A DNA stretch of 28,891 nt, taken from the NCBI GenBank assembly GCA_002269645.1, contig NIVC01004027.1, positions 35,012-63,902 on the forward strand, written 5' to 3'. Below are positions 1 to 28,891 of the stretch, one piece after another (the first letter of the stretch is position 1; every line of letters starts with the position of its first letter). A model generated the notes under the pieces. That model ran no database searches and was not told the DNA's origin. It was given only the letters and a program-made list of their open reading frames with translations. The DNA is from Macrostomum lignano (lineage: Eukaryota). The translations under genes were made by a program, and so were the position numbers.

Positions 1-965
1 GCAGGGCATAGGGTAGGGAGGGGAATTGGGATGCATCCCCTAAAAGCACAAGAATGTTTGTTGAAATGTTTTTCTTAATAAGGGTGGCAATCTCCACCCC
101 GAAGAAAATTCTGGATATGTGGCTCAGCTGTGGTCCCACTGGTGTGAGACACTGAGACAGGCCTATACGCTACGCTACGCCTACTTTCGTTTGAATGTGT
201 CTTACAATTGAAAGTTGCATCTTAAGTTCAAATAACAAAACGAAATCGTTTTTGCCGTTAAAAATTTAGGCAATCATAGTTTCATTTTGTTAGCAGACGA
301 CCAGCTCGTCATCGTTACGAAAAGGTCACATCAGGATGTACACATCGAGAAAGTAAAAGAAAAATTTTCCACGAATTTTTGTGGTTTAAACGCAGGCAAA
401 ATATTTAGATCCCCCTGCATAAAATAAAGTTTTTATATTTTAAAATTAAAATCAGGTTTTTTATAATTCTAAAGAGAAAAAGCTAAAAAAATACGTATAA
501 TTTAACGACCAGTTATTTTACTTTTGTTTTACTGTAAAACGAAATTTTTTTCGGTCCACTTCAATTTTTTTATTTTCTTAGATACCGTCAAAATCCTATC
601 TGCTCCTTCCATTCGATCGTCACTCGTCAACTGCTTCAAAGTGGACTGTTCTGAAGACCTTTAGTTTTTTGTAAGTTTAGGCTTTACCGATTTATTTGTT
701 TAGTCTCATGGCTTTTTAGCAGGAAATTTGTTAAAATGTAGAGTTAGTTTTGATTGTTCGAAGTTTGACATTTCAATGCATTTAATGTACATGTCCATGT
801 GGGCTCTAATGTACATATAACCAACACGATTTAATAACAGCTGTTTTTCAATCTGAATAAATTTCGGCAAATCGCAATTACATAATGTTTACATTACATT
901 ACATAATCTTTTTGTTTCAGCCGAACGGTATTTGAGATTTTTAACAACACATATAGTGCATTATC

Positions 966-19499
<18,534 letters not shown>

Positions 19500-21851
19500 G
19501 CAAACCAAGGACAACTGTGCGGTCCCCTGTAAACTTCCCATCGTAACTTCGCGTGTAAAAGTTTCAAGAGTCACTTCAATTCGTTCTGACATTCGAGAAT
19601 GAGAAGTGATCTTGCAACTGCTTTTGCATTCAAGCACCAGTGTTGAGTGCAATTGTGTGTTCGCTAAATTATTCTGATGATATCTGCTCTTTATGCTACA
19701 CTGGATATTTATTGTCACTAGGAGTAAATGGGTTACTTAATGGGACGCAGCCACAGGGGTCCTTCATTGATTTACAAAAAGTACGTCATGGCAGTCAATC
19801 AAATGAAAAGCCTGCCAATGAAAACGTTTGCATGGTTGCGCCCTGAGGGATGTCCTTGTGCCTGTGATTGAAGCGATGTAAAATAGTTTCTCTTTTGGTG
19901 TCAGACTTTTTAAACTTGTAGCAGAATTGTTTTTGTCCAATGTGAGTGAACTGCTTTTGCTTTTACAACTTGAAACTCTACGTATTCGAGCTTCCTTCAA
20001 GGTTTTAATATTTGTCTTTATACTCTGAGACTTCCCTGCACCCACAGCTTCACAAACAGCTTTTGCAATTTGCGTCTTTGTCTTCCACAGTTTATTTTTG
20101 TCACAAATTTTTGTGCACCTTTGACTTCATTTTCAGTAGCTGCAATTTGTGACGCTCAGAATTTGAGCAACTCTTCAATTCGTGGGAAGAAAGTTAGGGA
20201 TTGAAATGAACGCATCAATGCTTGATTAGTGTCCTTCCAACAGTGGGCTCCTCAAATCAATTGATAATTCTATAGCCGCAAAACCGATTCCCCCGATAAT
20301 TAATCTCATAATCCTTTAGCAACTCTGTGCAACTGTTTTGAACTTGTGTTTATTTAACTGCGCCATGGTAGCATGTCTTGCACTTTTATTTTTAGAAAAC
20401 TTCAGCCATGCGTCGCATCAAGCCGGATGTACAAGTACATCTAGAGCAAAAACTTCAAAGTGTTTACAAGCCAATCTATCACCTTTGCCTAGCATTGTCC
20501 AAACCCATATTATATTCTATATCATGCCAGGTCACCATAAACAGTTGCCCCTCCCATACTGTACTTTTTAGTTATATGTACATCTACGATACCTATAGTT
20601 ACTACCTGTACCAGCATTTATATGTGCTCGATTATTTGTTCCTCTTGTTGCGGTGTTGAAAATCGCTAATTATTATATTTTCTCTATCTCACTGATCTAA
20701 AACTTTGAGCAAACAGCTGCAAACTACATGTACCTGCATGGCCATTTTCGAACGCTGGAAGATGCCACAGCCTTTTCTGCCTTTTTCATTCCCGCTTATT
20801 GATACACATTTCACCTTGGCCACAAGGGGCGCTGCTGGTCTCCATGCGCTGTGTGTTTCATTGCAATAAACAAGTAATGATATTGATAAAAATTTAAATT
20901 AGTACTTGTAATTGTCACCTTCTCATTACCGTCTTTTTGATGCTTTTTGATGTCCTTTTGACATGCACATTTATGCTTAATTAGTATCGTATTAAAAATG
21001 GTCATAAACTGACAATTCACAAGGCACAAGTGCAGTGTAGTCCCCTTCTGCTCGAACAACGCAAAAATCTCGTCGGTAGTGACAAAAAGTGTAGACTATG
21101 CCAAAATTTGCATTTCGATTTTATTTCATCATCCTATCTAAGTTTTATGCTTTCAAGACTGTTGGGGTATAGTTATCGCTGTTTAGCTACAATAAGTTTA
21201 ATAGAGTCTACACTTACTTATACATGGATACTTACATGAAGTGACAGATACTTGCTGCCCTTTGATCGTTGAGACAATGATGATTCATGCGATTGGAAGG
21301 CTTTCCGGGCTTTAGAGTGCAGAAAATGATTGTTTAGAGCTCTGGCCTTCCACTCCAGATATTGTTGTCATTAAGTACCCGATATGGCTAATCGAGAATC
21401 GACAGCGAGAGACATCTTGCGCAATTGCCGACCGACTCCATCTAGCAGGCCACATCGCACTAATCATCATTTTTAACATTTATACATGCCTTTTTGCTGG
21501 CCAGATTTAGCGCAGGAGTTTTAAATAGGATGAGGCCCTCAATGGGTCATGTTTCATTCAAGGACAACATAACTTCAGTTGTCCTTGGTTTCATTACTAT
21601 CAACGTCGCTCTTTAAATCCCACCGACAACCCCTCCTGAACCTCTGAAAAAACGCTTCAATTTTTTCCTAGTGATCTCCTGCAAGAAAAAGATCCAATGT
21701 ACCTGTGGGAGCGAATGGCTTTGCCTTTGTTGTCCTGTACTGCTCGAGATGCTCTGTCGGTTTAGCAACATGAAATGATAGCCGCAAGTTTGAAGGTTCT
21801 GCTTTTTTTGAGGGTGCGATCGATGACTAATTAAATGTACTCGTAGTCTCT

Positions 21852-22085
21852 ATTTTCTCTGTGTCTCCCTATGTTTCCATGTGTCTCCCTGTCTTTTCTC
21901 TGTGTCTCCCTATGTTTGTTTCCATGTGTCTCCCTGTCTTTTCTCTGTGTCTTCCAGTATCTCCCTGTCTTTTCTCTCTGTCTCCCTGCGTCTCCCTGTG
22001 TCTCTGTGTCTTTTCTCTGTGTGTCCCTGTGTCTCATTGTGTCTCACTGTGTCTCCGTGTCTTTTCTCTGTCTCTCTGTGTCTCC
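21852..22085. repeat. Low-complexity (TCTCTGTG/TCTCCCTG)-type repeat
   Basis: T/C/G-only degenerate simple repeat. Confidence 0.85.
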
Positions 22086-23062
22086 TGAAAGACCGGAAGA
22101 CTGAAAGACCGGAAGACTGAAAGACTGGAAGACCGGAAGACTGAAAGACTGGAAGACTGGAAGACTGGAAGACTGGAAGACTGGAAGACTGGAAGACTGG
22201 AAGACTGGAAGACCGGAAGACCGGAGACCGGAAGACAGGAAGACCGGAAGACTGGAAGACTGGAAGACCGGAGACCGGAAGACAGGAAGACCGGAAGACT
22301 GGAAGACTGGAAGACCGGAAGACCGGAGACCGGAAGACAGGAAGACCGGAAGACTGGAAGACGGAAGACCGGAGACCGGAAGACAGGAAGACCGGAAGAC
22401 TGGAAGATCGGAAGACTGGAAGACCGGAAGACCGGAAGACCGGAAGACCGGAAGACTGGAAGACCGGAAGACTGGAAGACTGGAAGACTGGAAGAGCAGA
22501 AGACTGGAAGACTGGAAGACCGGAAGACTGGAAGACTGGAAGACCGGAAGATGGGAAGACCGGAAGACTGGAAGACTGGAAGACCGGAAGACTGGAAGAC
22601 TGGAAGAGCAGAATACTGGAAGACTGGAAGAGAGAAAGACTGGAAGACCGGAAGATGGGAAGACCGGAAGACTGGAAGACTGGAAGACCGGAAGACTGGA
22701 AGACTGGAAGACCGGAAGATGGGAAGACCGAAAGACTGGAAGACTGGAAGAGCAGAAGACTGGAAGACTGGAAGACCGAAACACTGGAAGACTGGAAAAC
22801 TGGAAGACCGGAAGACCGAAAGACCGGAAGACTGGAAGACCAGAAGACTGGAAGACCGGAAGACTGGGAGACAGGAAGACCAAAAGACTGGAAGACTGGA
22901 AGAGCAGAAGACTAGAAGACTGGAAGACTGGAAGACTGGAAGAGCGGAAGACCGGAAAACTGGAAGACTGGAAGAGAGGAAGACTGGAAGAGAAGAAGAC
23001 TGGAAGACCGGAAGACTGGAAGAGCGGAAGACTGGAAGACTGGAAGACCGGAAGATTGGAAG
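22086..23062. repeat. 8-bp satellite GGAAGAC(T/C), about 120 units with higher-order variants
   Basis: Read directly; purine-rich on the + strand, abutting the pyrimidine-rich repeat. Confidence 0.96.
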
Positions 23063-23089
23063 ACGTGAGAAAGTGAGACAGTGAGAGCT

Positions 23090-23540
23090 TCGTTAGAATG
23101 ATTTGACGATGGGGTGCCAGAGAGACCTGACAGTCTCCAGGCAGGGCCACATTCAGTGTCGTGTTCTCGAAGGTCGCAAAGCAGATCGTGCCAGGCTATC
23201 GGCGGTTTTAGACTCCCGAACCAGCCGAGAGGCTTCGGCGCTGGCGGCAAGCCATTGCTCACGGTTTTCGGAGACCGAGCGCCGCAGGGGGTTGCGGCGC
23301 TTGATGGCAGCGCGAGCTTCGGGAGTCAAGCCACGTTTGTTGCTTGATGCTCTTTGGAACAGTCTTGCCCACGTGCTCATGGCCGTGCTGTGCACCAGGT
23401 CGGTGAAGTGGGCAAGGCATTTGTGCACCGAGAGAGAGAGTGGAGATTGTGCGGTCGTCTGCAGGCAACCCAACCAGTGAGGCCCGGGGCGACCTCTCGG
23501 CGTTTCATTGAACTTGATTCGGTCGGCGGCTCTTGGATTT
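23090..23540 (-). pseudogene. Degenerate coding-like GC-rich fragment, possibly the pre-RT region of a non-LTR element (CRE- or RTE-like)
   Basis: TDLVHSTAMSTWARLFQ...DSLARS / LREHD...AWRLSGLSGTP only loosely resemble pre-RT linkers; no catalytic motif seen. Confidence 0.3.
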
Positions 23541-23795
23541 GCGCCAAAGCTTTTTTGGACTGAAGTTATTTTGATTTTTTGTAGCTAAAGGATAATTTCT
23601 TTAATAAACAGTGAAGTAAGCCAATAACTCTATTAATAGACTATAATGAAACTCGTCACGACTACGAGCAATTCATTTTTTTTGTAAGCGTGAATTCAAA
23701 TTTAGTAAAAGCATTTTAAATTAGCTGCGCAGCGCGCTCAAAATCGCGCCGGTTTAAAAAAACTCTCACAATCTTCACCTCACGTTATGACTGCG

Positions 23796-26132
23796 ACGCA
23801 TTTGTTTCCCCATTGATATTCGCATTAATATTCGAATTTTAACAAAAGCAAAATACTAAAAGCAACCCGTAGCATGAAACTATACACAGAGTAAACTGCA
23901 ACCGTGAAACGACTATTGGTCAAGTTTCAGCTCGATTTGTAACTTTGGCTCTGAGCAGGAGCGATTTTCGATGTGTTCCATTTAAAATACATGTGATTCC
24001 AAAATTCATATTGATATTCGAGTACAGGTACGAGCGTACTTCTGCTTCACTGATCTTGACGAAACTTTACACAGAGTAAACTGCAACCGTGAAACGACTA
24101 TTGGTCAAGTTTCAGCTCGATATGTAACTTTGGCTCTGAGCAGAAGCGATTTTCGATGTGTTCTATTTAAAATACATGTGATTCCAAACAACAACAACAA
24201 CAACAGAGTACGCTGCCAGTTCGCAAAAGCAGCGTCAGATGGCGCGCTTTGAAGCTTGGGCGCGAGCAAAGGCCGCACCGCCGGCAGAGTCCGGGGCGCC
24301 GGCGTCAGCCAGCAGACAGTCGACGTAGCGCCGAGTCCTCGCCTGTCCCCGCCGGTAGGGTGCCTGCAACGTAAGAAGCAGCACCTCCTGCACCGGCTCC
24401 GGACAGTAGGCCTCGGCGCGGATGACGTGGCCTGCCAGCTGGAGTCGCCGACGGCGCAGCAGATCGCTAGGACGGGCCAGGCCGGCGCGATGATAGAGCG
24501 CCGTGTTGGTGACTCACTCGTTGCCGATCTTGAAGGCGGCGCGCAGCAGGCCAGCGTGCGCCGCGTCGACTTGAGCCTCGAGCGAGTCTGTCAGCGTCCA
24601 GGTCTCGGCGTTGTATAACAGGACGGTCTCGATCACCGCCTGGAACAGCGCCGCCCTCTGGCGGTCCGGTAGGGCCTCGGACTGCAGAACTGACCTTATA
24701 GAACGAAAGGCAGCCCAGGAAAGTCCTCGGGGACGCCGCAGATCCTCGCGGACGTCGGGAACCAGACCGCCGAGGTAGACGAACTGCTGACATCTTGGAA
24801 GCTCACTCGCCTGTCCGTCAGCGCCTCGGCAGAAGATTGCAGCCTCGGTGTCGTCCGGCACGCATAGCACGACGGTCTTCTGCGTGTTGACCACCAGGCC
24901 GACGCTCGCCGCAACGGCAACCAGCCTATCCAGCTGTCGTTGGGCGCCCTCGACGGTCGAGGACAGCAGGGCGAGGTCATCGGCGTAGCCAAGCACGCTA
25001 AGCCGTCTCTCCGGTTGGCGTCGACCCACGCGTCGCCGCAGCAGGAAGCCGTCGTCGTTGGAAGGCAGAGCAGTCCGTAGCACCCAGTCAAGCACCAGAA
25101 TAAATAGGAACGGCGCTAGCGTATCTCCCTGGAGCACCCCGGAGGATGTCTCGAAGAAATCCGATAGGCCGTCCGGTGTTGAGACAGCAGCCGTCGTGCC
25201 CGTGGTACAGCGCCATGACAGCAGAAATCAGCAGCTCTGGCACGTTGTACGCGGCGCTCACGAAAGCGCACAAGCACGTGGTCGAGCTGTGCCAGCCTCC
25301 GCGTAGCGTTCCGGCCGCGCGCGTTCCGCCGCCTCCGCTTGCAGCCCACGAAGGTCGCGAGCCTGCCCAGTGACTTGCGGAATCTGGTGTTGGCCGACAC
25401 CATGTCCTGTCTCTCCAGGAAGTCCTCTAGCGCTCCGGTGTTGCCGTTCTCGCGCGCTGTCACGAACAGCGATCGCTCGGACCTACGCAGAACTGCGTTC
25501 AGGTCTCCGAGAATTACCACTGTGTCACGTTGCACCATCTCCTCCATCTGTACTCGAATATCAATATGAATTTGGAATCACATGTATTTTAAATAGAACA
25601 CATCGAAAATCGCTTCTGCTCAGAGCCAAAGTTACATATCAAGCTGAAATTTGACCAATAGTCGTTTCACGGTTGCAGTTTACTCTGTGTAAAGTTTCGT
25701 CAAGATCAGTGAAGCAGAAGTACCTGTACTCAAATATCAATATGAATTTTGGAATCACATGTATTTTAAATGGAACACATCGAAAATCGCTTCTGCTCAG
25801 AGCCAAAGTTACAAATCGAGCTGAAACTTGACCAATAGTCGTTTCACGGTTGCAGTTTACTCTGTGTAAAGTTTCGTCAAGATCAGTGAAGCAGAAGTAC
25901 CTGTACTCGAATATCAATATGAATTTTGGAATCACATGTATTTTAAATGGAACACATCGAAAATCGCTCCTGTTTAGAGCCAAAGTTACAAATCGAGCTG
26001 AAACTTGACCAATAGTCGTTTCACGGTTGCAGTTTACTCTGTGTAAAGTTTCATGCTACGGGTTGCTTTTAGTATTTTGCTTTTGTTAAAATTCGAATAT
26101 CAATGCGAATATCAATGGGGAAACAAATGCGT
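23796..26132. mobile_element. Non-autonomous foldback/Mutator-like DNA element with long inverted arms and a 9-bp TSD
   Basis: Termini ACGCATTTGTTTCCCC...GGGGAAACAAATGCGT; ATGACTGCG directly on both sides (23787-23795, 26133-26141); arms 23796-24188 and 25548-26132 are reverse complements made of an about 80-bp terminus plus 177-bp tandem units. Confidence 0.88.
24187..25547 (-). mobile_element. 5'-truncated, internally deleted RTE-clade LINE inside the foldback element
   Basis: Endonuclease C-half (ILGDLNA...LDHVLV) joined near 25250 to mid-RT (AYNVPELLISAVMALYHG...VLQGDTLAPFLF...YADD...YLG); RRRRLQLAGHVIR C-terminal motif; stop 24235-24237; about 30-nt 3' UTR; (GTT)6 tail; +1 frameshift near 25200 and premature TGA at 24514. 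Confidence 0.88.
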
Positions 26133-26638
26133 ATGACTGCGCCGCCGCTGCGTGCGAGTGCTAACCTACTCACGAAGGAATTATATGGGTTTTGCCCAAG
26201 ATGTCAGTTTATAATTCAATCGGTAAGATAACTTGTATTCTTCAAGAATAATTTGCTAAACTCCAGTCTTGAATGGCATTATAGATAGGCCTAGCACGAT
26301 TTTGAGTTTAGCAAACGATTCCTAAAGATTGCCTGTTATCCAAATTTTATAAACTTATTTTAATAAAATTTTCAACTTTTCCTTCATTTATCAATATCAA
26401 TAATAATATTGTTATGCTGTCTTTTTCTTCCTATCTCTGCTGTTAGGCCTAGCCTTATTAGTTAGGCTTTAGCTTCTTATTATTTATACATACAAGAATA
26501 ATTTATTGATAGCCTAATAATAATATATTTATTATTTAAATTTATTATACAATAAATCTACAATAGGCTTACTGCATAATAAAACATGGAAACATTTTAA
26601 ATACTATGTATAAAAAGGCAAAATGAATACCTAGGCTA

Positions 26639-26806
26639 TATAACTTTTGCTAGCATATTTTTAGACACATTGTCTAACATTTAAGTGTTGGAAGATGTGT
26701 CGGCAAAAGTTAATTGTTATGACACTTTCTGACACCTTTTGCAACATTTTTAGTGTTGTAAAAAGTGTTGGAAGATGTGTCTAAAAATGTATTGGCAAAA
26801 GTTATA
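26639..26806. mobile_element. Candidate small MITE relic (about 32-45 bp imperfect inverted repeats, TA at both ends)
   Basis: TATAACTTTTGCtAgcAtATTTTTAGACACAT pairs with ATGTGTCTAAAAATGTATTGGCAAAAGTTATA (4 mismatches in 32); internal direct repeat AAGTGTTGGAAGATGTGTC. Confidence 0.5.
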
Positions 26807-28454
26807 CAGGTAAAAAATACCATAGAAGATGAATTAAAATATTTTAATTCATTAGGGCATAGTTAGGCCTATTTTACTTCTTAAAATGGTAGGCCTAAGT
26901 AGCTCATTTGCTATATCTTTATTTTTTGTTTCATTTCATATTTTCATTGAACTAATACAATATCAAAATATCCTTTATTGTCTATAATCTCTATAAAAAT
27001 ACAAGGCTTCCATTATAATAAATTCTTCTAGTATTATAATTGTAATATTAGCTATAAGCATAGCTAAGAAAGATAAAACTTAATAGAAATATAAAAGTAT
27101 TAGTAATATAAAAACATTGTACAAAATTATTAGGCCTATAACTTTGTCTTTGACTTACTTTCAAAAATGAATTTTTTATGGCTTTATGTAAACCCTATCA
27201 ATTATATCAATGAAAAATAATGTTTTAAAGCAGTCTTGGCATGGCTATCCAAGTTGGCAAAATTAGTTAGAGGCCATTAAAAAATAGACTAGTTTCAAAG
27301 CTCTCATTCTTTATAAAAGCAAAAAGAATACAATAAAATGCATTTGTACTTTTTGGACTATTGAGATAGAGGTGGAGAAAAGAAAATTAAAACTTGGGGG
27401 TTTTAAAAATTGGCCAATTGCATTTGTACAAACAAATCTAAAAAAATCGTACAGACAAATTGCAACAAAATTCTTTATCCTATTTTACTCCAACTGCCAG
27501 GGTCCTCAAATTCCAGGAAGAGGGTAGTTGTAGGGGCCTAATTGTAGGCGAGCAGTCTTTTAGTGTCACAGTCGTTCAAATGGTAGACACCAGAGATTCT
27601 AACACTATAAATTAATGTGTTAATTTGTTGAGCTATTTACTTTTAGTAGGGTAGAGCTGCTACCACTGTAATTCTCGTATTATGGAATGAATTTAATCTC
27701 AAAGCTTCTTTGAATTGAGAGCTTTTGTAGTTTTATGCCCATAGGCAAATGACTCAAGATGTTCTATGGCTTAATGATCAACAAAGAATTGACTAGTGTT
27801 ACTTCTAATTATTATTTATCATACATATGCAACCCCCCTGATTTACACTGGCCATGTAACTTACTTTTCGACCAAAAATGCAACTTACCTATGAAAGAAA
27901 CCCTAAAGCAAAATTAATGCAATTTTGGGCAAATGGCAGGAATAACTATAACTGTTTTACAAGGGCTAAATGCCTTATCATCTAATTAGTACTATGTCTG
28001 TATTCTTTGGGATGGGCAAAACAAAAAAAGAAGGGGAAAGAAGGGAAAAAGGCATGAAGTAAAATGAGCAGAACTGGCCATATTTAAATGATACAAATTA
28101 TCATTTCCAGCAATTGGGGCCTTGGTTGGCCAGACACACAGATCAAGCAATGGTCAATGGGTTGGACATGCAAGGAAACATTATAGAACAAAATAAGAAT
28201 TGATTATAACCAAATGGGGGGCTTATAAAATCCAAACACTAGGAAGTAACTGCCAATATCTGGACCAGGCTTGAGGCCAACAAAAGGGATGAGGTCATGA
28301 GACAAACCTTGGTTGAGCATGCAAAAAGAATTTAAATTACAAAATTTTTAATTAAAAAAAGTTAAAAAAATAATTCACTGCAGCAACCCCACTGCCACAT
28401 GCATGGGGGTGCCCTAAAAAATAAAATGTTATCCAAACCCCTTTGCTTTTCACA

Positions 28455-28815
28455 AATCAGTGGCCTTGGCTGGTTGAAGCGCATCCACTGCAGCCAGACA
28501 GGTGGCTGCCGCGGGTGGTGCTGCCATCTCGCTGCAGGCAAGCGGGCTCCCAGTTGGCATCGCCATTCTGCTGCTGCTGGGCAGGCTCAGTGGCCTGGTT
28601 TGCAGTAGGAGGTGAGCTGGCGACTTGTACGCAATGTAGTAGCTGATCCAACCTTGGCAAATATCGGCCCTATATTCAATTTTCAGTTCTTTGTGCACCT
28701 TTCCTGCACCTTCGCAATGGTGAGGTCTTGGCCCATGTGTCTGCAGTAGGGCAAAACATGCAGGTCAATGAACACGGAGGTGTTGAGACTCTTTGGCAGG
28801 ATGATCCTTGCTTTC
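28455..28815 (-). pseudogene. Decayed Ty3/gypsy-type integrase fragment (HHCC zinc-binding region and start of the core)
   Basis: ARIILPKSLNTSVFIDLHVLPYCRHMGQDLTIAKVQER, then after a frameshift CQGW...YKSP...RPL...RMAMPTGSPL...LAAVDA, matching the LP...LH...GH.G..T..KV.ER / C..C / AMD..GPL / V.VD order of gypsy integrases. Confidence 0.55.
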
Positions 28816-28891
28816 TCTCCTCGCCAACATTGTCGAGATAGATGACTAATAGTCCATTGTCTTGGACTTCAAGCTGCTTTAGAATACTAAA

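Noticed and set aside
1-126. Possible decayed CAGGGGCGTA...TACGCCCCTG-type MITE
   Set aside because: The ends match only weakly, no TSD is visible, and it lies at the window edge.
560-920. Non-coding first exon ending at GTAAGT 671, or a trans-splice acceptor at 920; core promoter
   Set aside because: Plausible, but the options cannot be distinguished or supported without transcript data.
19740-20560. Coding-like minus-strand stretch (93-aa ORF) downstream of the ERM stop
   Set aside because: Multiple stops and shifts and no recognisable domain; may be 3' UTR or an unidentifiable TE relic.
20865-20870. AATAAA as the ERM poly(A) signal
   Set aside because: It lies 1.4 kb past the stop in AT-rich DNA where the hexamer is expected by chance.
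21831-23150. 368-aa and 177-aa repetitive ORFs (SSLPVF / EDWKTGR)
   Set aside because: Artefacts of the GGAAGACY and TC-rich repeats; no splice or codon evidence.

Overview
Eukaryotic genomic DNA with GC-rich exons, GT-AG introns and many minisatellites. The style is most like a Macrostomum-type flatworm (inference only). It holds one complete intron-containing ezrin/radixin/moesin (ERM) gene on the + strand (CDS 966-19499, 8 core plus 2 likely extra exons, one apparent 1-bp frameshift), with introns swollen by unrelated 13-30 bp tandem arrays. An apparently full-length LOA-like non-LTR retrotransposon (ORF1 + APE-RT-RNase H) sits antisense in intron 6 inside a 16-bp minisatellite. Its 5' junction coincides with the predicted cleavage site of a hand-folded HDV/CPEB3-type ribozyme. 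Also present: a tRNA/CORE-type SINE with an 8-bp TSD; a foldback/Mutator-like element (long inverted arms built of 177-bp repeats, 9-bp TSD) carrying an internally deleted RTE LINE; and a decayed Ty3/gypsy integrase relic. All calls were made by eye; no searches or folding programs were run.
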